64,000 nt of DNA from positions 384,001-448,000 of the forward strand of contig CAVXKA010000003.1 of NCBI GenBank assembly GCA_963762255.1. Reading direction: 5' to 3'. This stretch comes from Candidatus Eiseniibacteriota bacterium (GTDB lineage Bacteria > Eisenbacteria > RBG-16-71-46 > JABDJR01). The position numbers and the translations under genes were made by a program. How positions within the stretch are numbered: the first letter of the stretch is position 1; every line of letters starts with the position of its first letter. The notes under the pieces are model-generated. The model was not told where the DNA came from and did no database searches. It saw nothing but the letters and a program-made list of their open reading frames with translations. Below are positions 1 through 9,835 of this stretch, piece by piece.

Positions 1-340
1 CCACGCTGGAGAGCCCGAGCAGGTAGAGGAGCACGATGGCGTCGCCGGCGAAGCTGAAGGGCGCGTGGCCGGCCACGGGAAGGAGCAGCCCCGCCGCCAC
101 CGCGGAGCCAAGCGCCAGGTAGGGCGCCATCGACGCCAGATGGTTCGCTCCGGCGCTCACTTCGTGCTTGCAGGCCAGCTTGGCCATGTCGATGTAGCCC
201 TGCCGCAACGGGGGTCCTGCGCGCGATTCGAGCCGGGCCCGAATCTGCCGACTCACGCCGTCGAAGAGAGGCGCCGCACCCAACAACACGATCGGCCCCA
301 CCAGGGCCCACACCAGCGCGGTCCAGCCGGGGCTCAACAT
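1..340 (-). CDS. Hydrogenase-3/4 membrane subunit (HycD/HyfC, NuoH-like); runs off the window and has a frameshift near 215
   Basis: Manual translation from ATG at 340 gives MLSPGWTALVWALVGPIVLLGAAPLFDGVSRQIRARLESRAGP; after a 1-nt shift it continues LRQGYIDMAKL, matching the NuoH/HycD N-terminal GPP...D..KL motif. Start overlaps the large-subunit stop. Confidence 0.75.
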   Translation of the reverse strand, partial: MLSPGWTALVWALVGPIVLLGAAPLFDGVSRQIRARLESRAGPPLRQGYIDMAKLACKHEVSAGANHLASMAPYLALGSAVAAGLLLPVAGHAPFSFAGDAIVLLYLLGLSSV

Positions 341-2085
341 GCGCCCTCCTCGGGCCGTCCGGCCTTCTCGCGGCGCCTCGCCATGTCCTCGCGCGAGAGC
401 GCCTCCAGCTCGGTGCGCTTCCACACCCGCCGCGTGCCGCTGCCGCGGTCGACGATCTCCATGCGCTCGGTGCACGAGAAGCAGGGATCCACGCTCCCCA
501 GCGTGATCGGCACGTCCGCCACCTGGGTGCCCGGCTTGAACATGAGCGGCACCGCCTGAATGTTCTGATAGCTCGGCGCGCGCACCCGCCAGCGGTCGGG
601 GCCGTTGCGCTCGCCGGTGCGCACGTAGTGGAACACCTCGCCTCGCGGCGCCTCCACCGCGCTCATCCCGTCGCGCCCGGCCGGGAGACGCTCGGGCACG
701 TCGGCCATGATGCCCCCCTCGGGAAGCTCATCGAGATGCTTCACGCACTGGCGGAAAATCTTCACCGATTCGAAGATCTCCAGCGCTCGCACGAGCGTAC
801 GCCCGAGCACGTCCCCCCCGGGATGGGTCACCACATCGAAGGTCATGAGATCGTAGGCGGCATAGGGATGATCGCGCCGAGCGTCCAGCGGGACGCCGCT
901 CCCTCGTGCCGTCGGTCCCACCGCACCCATCGACCGCACTTCGGCGGCGGTGAGCACCCCGACGCCCTTCAGCCGCCCGATCAGCGCGTCGTCCGACTGG
1001 ATCGCTTTGACCAGGGTGAGGGTCTCGCGCTCCACCGTGCTCAACGCGTCGAGAATGCGCGCGTGTTTCTCGCGCGGGATATCGAAGGAAGTTCCCCCCA
1101 CCAGGTTGCTGGCGAAATGCTTCCGGCTTCCGGTCAAGTGCTCGGCCAACGCCATGAGCGGCTCGCGCAGTCGCCACGACTGCATGAACACGAAATCGAA
1201 GCCGACGATGTGGCAGGCGAGACCTAGCCAGAGAAGGTGGCTCTGCAGTCGCTCCAGCTCGAGGATGGCGGTGCGGATCACGCGCGCGCGGAGCGGCACC
1301 TCGAGGCCCACCGCCTCCTCCACCGCCTGGCAGTAGGTGGTGGAGTGGACGCAGCCGCAGATGCCGCAGATGCGCTCGGCCAGTGAGATGACCTGGTTAT
1401 AGTTGAGCACGCTGTCGGCAAGCTTCTCGATCGCGCGGTGGCAGTAGAAACCGCGGTAATCGGAGCCGACCACCGTCTCGCCGTCCACGAAGAGCCGCCA
1501 CTGCGAGGGCTCTTCGAGCACGGGGAAGAACGGCCCCATCTGCACGACCGTGGTCCCCTCGGGGGGCTTGCGATACGGAAAGGGCTTGCCGCTCCCCTCG
1601 GGGGGTTGAACGTTGTAGGGGACGTCCTTGCGAAGCGGGTGCAGGTCATCGGGAAACTCGTCGGGAAGGATGAGCCGCCGCGGCTCGGGGTGACGTTCGG
1701 GTTGGATGCCGAGCAAGTCGCGCATCTCGAGTTCCGCCCACGAGGCGCCGGGCACGATCGAGGTGATGGACGGAATCGACGGGCGCTCGGCATCGAGGCG
1801 CGCCCGCAGCGCCAGGCGCAGATGCGGCGCGTCGAGGGCGAAACAGTGCAGCACTTCGAAGCCTTCGCCGTCGGCCCGCCGGTCGAGGCCCACGCTGATC
1901 ACGTAGCGCGCGCCGAGATCGTCGTAGAGCGTGCGCACCGCGGTGCGAATCGCCCCCGGAGCTACGGTCATGTAGAGCCGTTCCGGCGTCGGTGTCGCGA
2001 TCTCGGTCAGGTGCCGGCCGAGGAGCCCGCGCACGCGAGCGGTCACCTCTTCGATGCGCGTGTCGCCGGTTTCAATTGTGGTCAT
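334..2085 (-). CDS. hycE: Group 4 [NiFe]-hydrogenase large subunit (HycE/HyfG-like, NuoC+NuoD-type)
   Basis: L1 motif ERICGICGCVH, L2 motif DPCFSCTER followed by a C-terminal extension, EAPRGE, and an N-terminal 30-kDa-subunit domain (WAELEMRDLLGI, HPLRKD). Confidence 0.93.
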   Translation of the reverse strand: MTTIETGDTRIEEVTARVRGLLGRHLTEIATPTPERLYMTVAPGAIRTAVRTLYDDLGARYVISVGLDRRADGEGFEVLHCFALDAPHLRLALRARLDAERPSIPSITSIVPGASWAELEMRDLLGIQPERHPEPRRLILPDEFPDDLHPLRKDVPYNVQPPEGSGKPFPYRKPPEGTTVVQMGPFFPVLEEPSQWRLFVDGETVVGSDYRGFYCHRAIEKLADSVLNYNQVISLAERICGICGCVHSTTYCQAVEEAVGLEVPLRARVIRTAILELERLQSHLLWLGLACHIVGFDFVFMQSWRLREPLMALAEHLTGSRKHFASNLVGGTSFDIPREKHARILDALSTVERETLTLVKAIQSDDALIGRLKGVGVLTAAEVRSMGAVGPTARGSGVPLDARRDHPYAAYDLMTFDVVTHPGGDVLGRTLVRALEIFESVKIFRQCVKHLDELPEGGIMADVPERLPAGRDGMSAVEAPRGEVFHYVRTGERNGPDRWRVRAPSYQNIQAVPLMFKPGTQVADVPITLGSVDPCFSCTERMEIVDRGSGTRRVWKRTELEALSREDMARRREKAGRPEEGAC

Positions 2086-2094
2086 GGTCGCACC

Positions 2095-3908
2095 TCACCG
2101 ATGCAGGAGCACGAAGAGAAGGAAGACCAGCCCCGCGGCGCCCGCGACCTGCCAGGCCAGATAGACCTGGGGAAGGCCGGTATGGGCGCGGCGCAGCACG
2201 TGGCCCATGCGCCGCCCGACGTTGAGGGTCGGGTGATAGACCCAGCGGTCCGGGTCGACTGCGTGCGGCACCCAGGTCGGCCGCCACGTGAACGGCCAGT
2301 GCAGCCGCGGATAGGCGCGGCGCATCGCCTCGCGCAGCGGCGAGTAGAACCCGAGAGGGTGCGGCGTCGGGCCTCCCCCGCCGCCGGTGACGCCCCCCGT
2401 CCAGACCTCGCGGCGGACGGTCTTGGGGCCGGTGCCGAGTGCGGAGCGGGCAAGCACGAAGACCCACACGCCCAGGAAGATGAGCGGCGCCGGGGAGAAC
2501 GCTCCGGTAAGGGGCCAGACAGCGATCAGGCTCCCCTCTGGAATCGGTGACGAGGCCAGCGTAGGGAGATCCGCCAGCAGCCTGGCGATCCCCAGAAGTA
2601 CCGGGCCGGGGGCCAAGCTCATTGCCACCACAATCAACCCCAGCGCCGCTTCGGCCGCCCACATCGTCGCCGGCACCTCGAGGCGCCCTGACCGCATGGG
2701 CCGATTGGCGAACGATGCGGCAAAGAATTTCACCGAGTACAGAATGGAAAACAGGCTTGCCATGAGCAGCGCCAGGCCGGCCACGCTCACCGCGGGGACG
2801 CCGGAGAGCACGGTGGCCTGCAACATCAACCACTTCGCGGTGAACGCGGTGAGCGGCGGGAACCCGGCGATGGCCAGCGAGGCGAGGAGCGCAGTCCAGC
2901 CCGTCACCGGCATCGCGGTGAAGAGCCCGCCCAGATCGATGAGGCGGCGGCTTCCGGTGCGCCATTGCAGAGCGCCCGCGTTGAGAAAGAGGAGCGCCTT
3001 CACCACCGCGTCCCCCACCACGTGGAACGAGGCGCCGAGCAAGCGCGAGCGCGGCCAGCGGCGGGTTCACCGGGGCCAGCACCAGCGACACGCCGAACCC
3101 CAGCGCGATGAGCCCGCTCTGCGCGATCGACGAGTAGGCCAAGCAGCACCTTGATGTCGTTCGCTGCGCTCGCGGCGAATCCCCCGACCAGGGCGGAGAG
3201 AAGGCCGAAGACCGCGAGGATCCCCCCCCACACCACCGCGTCGCCGGGGCTGGCCGCGGCGAGGGCGGCCACGAAGAAGCGCAGGAAGCCGTAGAGCCCG
3301 AGCTTGACCATCGCTCCGGAGAGCACGGCCGAGACCGGAGCGGGCGCCGCGGGGTGCGCGTCGGGAAGCCAGTCCCCGAAGGGATAGAGCCCCGCCTTCG
3401 TGGCGAAGCCGAGGAAGAGGAGCGCGAGGATGACGTGGAGACGAACCGGGTGGCTCTCGGCGAGTGAGGCGAAGGCCGAGGTGAGTCCGTCCAAGGACCA
3501 CGAGCCCCCGGAGTCGCGCAAGAGCACCACCGCCAGGAGCAGGCAGGCGCTCCCCACGTGGGTCATGAAGAAGTACTTGAACGCGGCGCGGACGCACTCG
3601 CGCTCGCGTGTCTCGTAGGCCACCAAGACGTAGGAGGCCAGCGTCATGATCTCCCAGCAGACCAGGAAGAGGATCAGGTTCGCCGCGAGGAGCGTCCCCG
3701 TCATCCCCGCCACGAAGAGGGCGAAGAAGAGCCCGAAGCGGAGCCCGCTCTCCTCACGATAGCGCTCCTGGGCGAGGTAGCGCGGCGCGTAGAGGGCGGC
3801 GGCGGCGGACACGACGAGCGTCGGGATCAGGAACATGAGCGAGAGCCCGTCGAGGCGCCACTCCAGGAACGAGAACGGCGCGGTCCAGACGGCCGGGAAG
3901 GGTGTCAT
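2095..3908 (-). CDS. Antiporter-like hydrogenase membrane subunit (HyfB/HycC, NuoL/MrpA family), split by two frameshifts near 3140 and 3045
   Basis: Pieces in three frames join into one protein: WLPDAHPAAPAPVSAVLSG..DIKVLL | AYSSIAQSG.. | FHVVGDAVVKALLFL..GFPPLTAFTAKW. Confidence 0.85.
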
Positions 3909-3912
3909 CGCG

Positions 3913-5449
3913 TCATCCTCCGATCCCTGCCGGCGCCACAGCCTGAGCCAGCGGGAGCGCTACCAGGGTAATGGCGAGGCAGAGCACCATGAGGATGACG
4001 AGCGCGATCTCCATGACGGGGGCGCGCGCACTCATGGCCGCCACCGCAGGGGACGGGTTTCCCAGGAACGCGCGCTGACCCACCCAGAGGAACCATGCGA
4101 ACGCCACCACGCTCTCGAGCACGACCACCGCCGCGGCGGCGATCCCGATGCCGCCCAGTTGCACCGCTCCGGTCACGATGAAGAGCTTGCTCCAGAACCC
4201 GGCAAAGGGAGGCACGCCGGTCACGGTCAAGGCCCCGATCAAGAACCCCATCGACGCGATGGGCGCGGAGCGCAGCACACCGGAGAGGTTGCGCAGGCGT
4301 CGCGTACCCATGGTGTAGCTCAGCGCGCCGACGGAGAGGAAGAGCAGCGCCTTCCCCACGCCATGCGCGAGGATGTGAAGGGTCGCTCCCTGCGCGGCCC
4401 GCAGCGATCCAGCCATACCCAGCGCCGCTCCGAGAAGAATGAGCGCGAGATGGCTGATGGTGGAGAGCGCGAGCAACCGCTTGAGATCGTCCTGATAGAA
4501 GAACTGCGCCACCGCGACCACCAGTGTGAGCACCGCCATCCCGCCGACGACGGGAGCGATCCCGCCGGGGAGCGCGGAGGGCATCGCGCCGGTCTCCGAC
4601 ACCCGGCCCGCGTTGGCCAGCGTGATTCGGAGAACCAGGTAGACCCCCGCGTTCACCATCGAGGCCGCATGCAGATACGCGCTCACCGGACTCGGGGCGA
4701 CCATCGCCGAGGGGAGCCACGTGTGGAAGGGCACCTGCGCCGATTTCGCCCACGCGCCCACGCAGATCAGCATCACCAGGAGCGTGGCCCCGCCCATGGA
4801 GACCACGGCGGGAAGGCGGCCGAGCGCGGCAAAGTCCGCCGAACCGGTCAGGGAGAGGACGGCCAGGAGCGCGGCGAAAAGACAGAGCCCGCCCCCCGCA
4901 GTCATGAGGAACGCCTTCTGCGCCGCCCGCTGCGCGTCGGGTTCCTCGTCGTAGAAGCCGATGAGCGCCCACGAACACACCGTGGTGATCTCCCAGAACA
5001 CGAACATCTGGAAGAGCGTCGTCGAGGTGGCCAACCCCGACATGGCGGCGATGAAGAGGAGCATCCAGAACGAGTACACGCGCCGGTCGTCGGGTACCGG
5101 CGCCTCGCGGTTTCGCGGCCCCACGTAGGCGATGGAGTAGAGCACGCACACGAAGCCGATGATCGTGGAGCCGAGCACGACCGTGCTCGATAGCGGATCG
5201 AGCGTGAACCCGAAGAGCGGTACCGGCCGGCCGGCGATGCGGTCGAAGATGGGTATCCCGCCGAGGCGCACTGTCACTCCGGTCAGGCCGTGGGCCGCGA
5301 CCATCGCGCCCGCGACGAGCGCTCCCGCGCCGGAAGCGACGACAGCGACCCGGTCGCTCCAGCGCCCGCGCAGAAGACCGGCGGCGATCGCGCCGACCAG
5401 GGGAACGCCGAGCAAGAAGGAGGAATCCCACGGGCGACGGCTCAGACAT
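3913..5449 (-). CDS. Antiporter-like hydrogenase membrane subunit (HyfD-like)
   Basis: Motifs KSAQVPFHTWLPSAMVAPSPVSAYLHAASMV, DLKRLLALSTISHL and GVPPFAGFWSK. The ORF is open from 5415; the likely true ATG at 5449 needs a 1-nt shift. Confidence 0.85.
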
Positions 5450-5927
5450 GGGCGCTCTCCATCGGCGCAAGCGCCTCGGCGAGGATCACCTCGAGCGCGT
5501 CGGCCGCCTCGCGCACCGCGTCACTGAGCGGCGCGGCGATCTCGATGGCCTGGGGTTGGATCCCCAGGAGCCACACTTCCTTCCCGCGCCCCTCCAGCAT
5601 GCGGGCGAGGAGAAGCAGAGACGGCGCGTGGGTCGAGGAGCATCGCTCGGCCAGGATGCGGGCCGGCCCGAGGCAGCACGCGCCCGGGGCCTCACCGTGG
5701 TCCACGGCGTCCACGAAGAGGACGAGATCTGAGGGAGCGTCGAGCAGCAAGCCCAGGTAGTTTTCGGGCACCGTCTCGGCATCGATGGCGGCGAGGCCGC
5801 GCTTCGCCAGGCGCCCGGCCAGCAGGGATCCGACGGCATCGTCGCCGCGCAGGGGATTGCCAACCCCCACCAGCACGGTACACCGCCCGCGCAGGAGATC
5901 CCCGATCCGCTCCACGACCTCTCTCAT
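5442..5927 (-). CDS. hycI: Hydrogenase maturation protease
   Basis: Motifs GVGNPLRGDDAVG, ETVPEN, FVDAVD and STH; lies inside the hydrogenase operon. Confidence 0.9.
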   Translation of the reverse strand: MREVVERIGDLLRGRCTVLVGVGNPLRGDDAVGSLLAGRLAKRGLAAIDAETVPENYLGLLLDAPSDLVLFVDAVDHGEAPGACCLGPARILAERCSSTHAPSLLLLARMLEGRGKEVWLLGIQPQAIEIAAPLSDAVREAADALEVILAEALAPMESAHV

Positions 5928-5936
5928 GTCCCCTTC

Positions 5937-6833
5937 CTACCAGGGCGGCTCGATGCGATCGAGCGCCAGGAGTTCGTCGTATCGAAACACCGGTCCGTCC
6001 ATGCACACGTAACGATCCACTACAACGCAGTGACCGCACTTGCCGACGCCGCACTTCATGTGGCGTTCGAGAGTCGCCACCAGCCGCGACGGCGCGTACC
6101 CGTAGTTCTTCACGAGGTCTTCGCACGCCACGCGGATCATGATCGGCGGACCGCAGAGGAACGACACCGTGCGGGCGGGATCGAGGGTGAGGCGCGGGAA
6201 GAGGCTCGGAATGAATCCCACCTGCCGCGGCGGGTCGGTGCCCTTCTCCCACTCCCCGTCGCCCCGGTCGGCCGCGAGGACCACTTCGATGTCCGCCGCC
6301 TTCCACTCCGCGTACTGCCAGGGATAGAGCAGGTCGTGCGGCGTGCGCGCTCCGTGCAGGACGACGATGCGCCCGTACATGGAACGCCGTAGCTGCATCT
6401 CCCACAGGAGCCCGCGAAGCGGAGCCAGGCCGATCCCGCCGGCCACGAAAAGGGCGTCGCGCCCGTAGTGCTCCTCCACGGGGAAGCTGTTCCCCGCCGG
6501 ACCGCGCAGGCTCACGATGTCGCCCGGGCGCATCCGCGTGAGCAGGTTCGACACCACGCCCGCGGAGCGCACCGTGATGCAGATGCGGTCGGCGAGTCCC
6601 GGCGCCGAGGAGACCGAGATGGGTACCTCCCCCGCTCCGAACACGCCGACTTCGAAGAACTGCCCGGGGCGGAAATCGATCCCATCGCGTTCGAGCTCCA
6701 GCGTCACCACCGGGCGCGAGCTCTTCGTGGGCGCGATCTCCTCGCGCACGTTCATCACGCGGACGAGCCGGGGCCGGTAGGGATCCTCGCTGGGCCGCAC
6801 GGACGGGGTGTGGGGCATGGTGATCCCGGCCAT
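5937..6833 (-). CDS. FAD/NAD(P)-binding subunit with [2Fe-2S] motif (sulfhydrogenase gamma / AsrB-like)
   Basis: Motifs FRPGQF, GEVPISVSS, GPAGNSF, VAGGIGLAPLR, CGPPIM and LERHMKCGVGKCGHC..CMDGPVF. ATG at 6833 overlaps the upstream stop. Confidence 0.9.
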   Translation of the reverse strand: MAGITMPHTPSVRPSEDPYRPRLVRVMNVREEIAPTKSSRPVVTLELERDGIDFRPGQFFEVGVFGAGEVPISVSSAPGLADRICITVRSAGVVSNLLTRMRPGDIVSLRGPAGNSFPVEEHYGRDALFVAGGIGLAPLRGLLWEMQLRRSMYGRIVVLHGARTPHDLLYPWQYAEWKAADIEVVLAADRGDGEWEKGTDPPRQVGFIPSLFPRLTLDPARTVSFLCGPPIMIRVACEDLVKNYGYAPSRLVATLERHMKCGVGKCGHCVVVDRYVCMDGPVFRYDELLALDRIEPPW

Positions 6834-8014
6834 CAGTGTTCGGCCTTTCTCCGGGAGGGTGAGCCGGTCATCGCTTCGACCATCAACTCGCTCACCCGGT
6901 CGATGCCGCGATCGCCGAGGCAGGTCACGAGGCAGCGACCGCAGCCCGTGCATCCCGGCGCGTCCATGCGGACGCTGAACTGCTGCGAGAGCTTGTGGAA
7001 GAAGCGCGTAACGCACCGCTCGCCGCAGCTCTCGCGTGGATATCCGCCCCCCGCCTGGCGTATGAAGCCGGGGAGAATGCAGCAGTCGCGAAGACGCACA
7101 CGATCCCAGGTGCCGTCGCGCACGGATCCCGTCACCCCACCGGGAACCGCGGGCGAAAATTCTCCGTCGGGCGCGTCGAACCCCGCCGCACCCGGGGCGT
7201 TCAGATCGGCGACGTTGAAGCACGAGCAGGTCGGACAGACGAACGCGCATCCGCCGCATTCGAAGCATCGCTCGCCGAGCGCTTCCCAGAACGCGTGGTC
7301 GAGCTTGCCGGTGGAGACCATGCGGCCGGCCACCATCGTGCGCACCCGGTGCCCGCTGGTTTCGGTCAGCCGCTGCACCGCGTCCCGGACGCGCGCGTCT
7401 TTCTGTGCGAGTGCATCGGCCGGCGCGTCGACAAGCGCGGGGGCGCAGCGCGCGGCCAACCGCTCTCCACGCGCGCTACCGATTTCCACGAGCCAGCCCT
7501 CGGCAAGCTCGGTGAGCTGCCAGTCGTAGCCCTTGGTGAGTGCGGGGCCCCCCTGGCAGCAGACGCACATGCAAGTCTCGCCCGGCTCCGAACAGACGAC
7601 GGAGATGAGCGTAGCCGCCTCGCGCCGCCGGAAGAAGGGACGGTCGGCGGTGTCGGGACGTTCGAAGATTTCGCCGGAGAGGAACCGCTCGAGATAGGCC
7701 AGACCCGCCACGTCGCAGCTTCGGATGCCGAAGATCACCGTGTCGGGCAGCGGTCCATCGGCGTCTTCGAGAAGCTCGGGCACGCCGTCCTTCACGCGGT
7801 AGGACGCCAGCCGCTCGGGCGAGGGCAGGAAGTGTTCCTTGGGGGGAACCAGCGAATTCACGTAGTTGCGGGCGATCTGCTCGGCGCTCGCCACGTGGCG
7901 AAAGAGGATTTCGCCCTCGATGCGCACCGGAGCCACCAGCGCGCCCTCACGAGCGAAACGATCGAGCAGGTCGTCAAGCGAAGCGCGGGTCAGCCACCGA
8001 TGCGCACTACCCAT
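6833..8014 (-). CDS. 4Fe-4S dicluster protein (sulfhydrogenase beta / AsrA-like)
   Basis: Motifs PKEHFLP, FGIRSCD, CFECGGCAFVCPTCSCF and CTGCGRCLVTC. Start MGSAHRW follows a GGAGGGG RBS. Confidence 0.88.
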   Translation of the reverse strand: MGSAHRWLTRASLDDLLDRFAREGALVAPVRIEGEILFRHVASAEQIARNYVNSLVPPKEHFLPSPERLASYRVKDGVPELLEDADGPLPDTVIFGIRSCDVAGLAYLERFLSGEIFERPDTADRPFFRRREAATLISVVCSEPGETCMCVCCQGGPALTKGYDWQLTELAEGWLVEIGSARGERLAARCAPALVDAPADALAQKDARVRDAVQRLTETSGHRVRTMVAGRMVSTGKLDHAFWEALGERCFECGGCAFVCPTCSCFNVADLNAPGAAGFDAPDGEFSPAVPGGVTGSVRDGTWDRVRLRDCCILPGFIRQAGGGYPRESCGERCVTRFFHKLSQQFSVRMDAPGCTGCGRCLVTCLGDRGIDRVSELMVEAMTGSPSRRKAEH

Positions 8015-8025
8015 CACCCCTCCCC

Positions 8026-9609
8026 TCAGCTCCCTTCGGCGCGTGACACGCGCACCGCACGAGGACGGAACACCGGAATTCGCAGACCGGGATCGAAGTC
8101 GAGCGCCCCCAGTGCGGACCCGGCGCGCTCCCAGCACGACATGGGGATCCATACCGCTCCGCGCTGCGCACGCACGTCGTACCGCACGGGCAGGGCGATC
8201 GAACCATCCGCGCTCTCGATCCTGACTCGCGCCCCCTGAGAGACGCGCAGCTCCCGGGCGTCCTCGCGATGGAGGCTCACGTATCCCTCGGGGAAGTCGG
8301 CGGCGAGGTTCCGCTCTTCGCGCCAGGCGCTCACCGTGGCCGCAGCCAACGCGTGGCCGCCCCAGAACGAGGCCGCGTCCAGCGCGGCGATGAACGGCCG
8401 GTCCTCGGTGGGGCGCTCCGCCTCGGCTCCCGCCGCACCGAGGCTCCGCGGACCCGCAAAGCCCATCTCATCGTCCGAGGCTGCGCGATCCAGGAGGAAC
8501 GTGGCGATCGCGCCCTCCGTCCACACGTCGCGCCGGTCGGCGATCGGTGCGATCTCCTGCGCGCGCCCTTCCATGTTCACCACCGTGCCGTGCTTCTCGG
8601 CGAGCAGCCCTCCGGGGAGCACAACGTCGGCATGGCGGCCGCTCGCGGTCTTGATCGCATCGACGACGACGGTGAACTCGGCGCCGGCGAACGCGCGGGC
8701 GGCGAGATCGGGGAAGAACTCGAAGGGGTCGTCGGAGAAGACGAGGAGCGCCTTCAGGCGGCCTTCGGCGGCAGCCCCGAGCATCTCCCACGCGGACAAA
8801 CCGTCCGGCGACGGATAGAGTCCTGCCTCCACCGCGCCTCGCTGGTTCACGTAATCGGAGAGGTAGATCGTCCGCCTGCCGGCTAGCCGCGCCGCCGCGG
8901 CTCTCCCCTGGCCAGCCAGGGCGAGTTCCGAAGAGACGAGAGTCAGTTCGTTCGCTTCCGCGCCCTCCAGCGCATCCAACTCGTGACCGGGAAGCACGGC
9001 GCGGTGAAGCGCTCCCGCGCCCACCGGCGGTACCCGGCGCGCATGCACAACCCGCACGTCCGAACCGCGATCCATCGCGCGCAGCACACGCCGCCCCACT
9101 TGCGGATGGCGCTCGTGGAGGTTCGCGCCGAGCACGGTCAGCCGGGGCGCGCTCTCGATATCGCGCAGATCGACGGGAGGGAAGGACACGTAGCCGAGGC
9201 GCTGCAGGGAATCCAGGTGGGGCGTGCCGAGGGCCCGCGCCAGGCGGCGCAGCAAGAGGACTTCCTCAACGGTGATGCGGGCGGAGCCGAGGATGCCGAT
9301 GCTCGCCCCGCCGTAGGCGTCACGAATGCCCAGGAGTCGATCCGCGGCGGCGGCAAGCGCTTCCTCGACGCGTCCCGGACGCAACGGCTCGCCGCGGCGG
9401 CGCTGGTAGGCCGTTTCCACCCGGAGCGGAGAGCCTCCGAGTTCGCCGGTGCTCCATCCGCGCAGGCAGAGCGCGCCCTGGGTGACGGGGTGGTGGAGTC
9501 GGGGGTAGGCCGTGGAATCGACAAGTAGCATCGAGCAACCCGTCCCGCAGAACGGGCAAACCGTGGTCGCGGCGCGGTCTTGTGCGGATCCCAAACTCAC
9601 GTCCAGCAT
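8026..9609 (-). CDS. Formate dehydrogenase alpha-like molybdopterin oxidoreductase-family protein, shortened and probably non-catalytic
   Basis: N-terminal CPFCGTGC..LCLRG Fe-S motif, SARITVEE, HADVVLP..EKHGTVVNMEGR and a C-terminal molybdopterin-dinucleotide-binding domain. The expected active-site segment reads DSLQRLGY. Confidence 0.8.
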   Translation of the reverse strand: MLDVSLGSAQDRAATTVCPFCGTGCSMLLVDSTAYPRLHHPVTQGALCLRGWSTGELGGSPLRVETAYQRRRGEPLRPGRVEEALAAAADRLLGIRDAYGGASIGILGSARITVEEVLLLRRLARALGTPHLDSLQRLGYVSFPPVDLRDIESAPRLTVLGANLHERHPQVGRRVLRAMDRGSDVRVVHARRVPPVGAGALHRAVLPGHELDALEGAEANELTLVSSELALAGQGRAAAARLAGRRTIYLSDYVNQRGAVEAGLYPSPDGLSAWEMLGAAAEGRLKALLVFSDDPFEFFPDLAARAFAGAEFTVVVDAIKTASGRHADVVLPGGLLAEKHGTVVNMEGRAQEIAPIADRRDVWTEGAIATFLLDRAASDDEMGFAGPRSLGAAGAEAERPTEDRPFIAALDAASFWGGHALAAATVSAWREERNLAADFPEGYVSLHREDARELRVSQGARVRIESADGSIALPVRYDVRAQRGAVWIPMSCWERAGSALGALDFDPGLRIPVFRPRAVRVSRAEGS

Positions 9610-9629
9610 CCAAGAACCCCCAAGGCATG

Positions 9630-9700
9630 CTATCCGTCTCAATCATATTGATCAATTTCTTTCTCATAATTTCTCAATGTTTTTTTTACGTCATAGTCAG
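9630..9700 (-). promoter_or_regulatory. AT-rich probable promoter region of the fdh-like/hydrogenase operon
   Basis: Strongly AT-rich stretch in high-GC DNA directly upstream of the first operon gene. Contains a short TCAAT-CAT-ATTGA inverted repeat and repeated AATTTCT. Confidence 0.4.
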
Positions 9701-9835
9701 TGTGCGACGTGCCGCATCTCATGCGTGCCGCGAATCTCGCCCGAAGGGGCGTCGTACTGCATAATCACGACGACGGGGATGAACTTTGCTGCTCATCCCC
9801 GCCGATCCGACCGATCTCTTGAATTTGACTAGTCG

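Noticed and set aside
2095-5449. Programmed frameshifting in hydrogenase membrane subunits
   Set aside because: No slippery heptamers are evident, and similar indels are scattered through the window, consistent with sequencing error.
9170-9230. Selenocysteine codon in the FDH-like gene
   Set aside because: The frame is open with no TGA; the position is encoded as Gly-Tyr.
9648-9655. FNR box upstream of the hydrogenase operon
   Set aside because: TTGATCAA lacks the 4-nt spacer of TTGAT-N4-ATCAA, and no correctly spaced sigma-54 motif was found there either.
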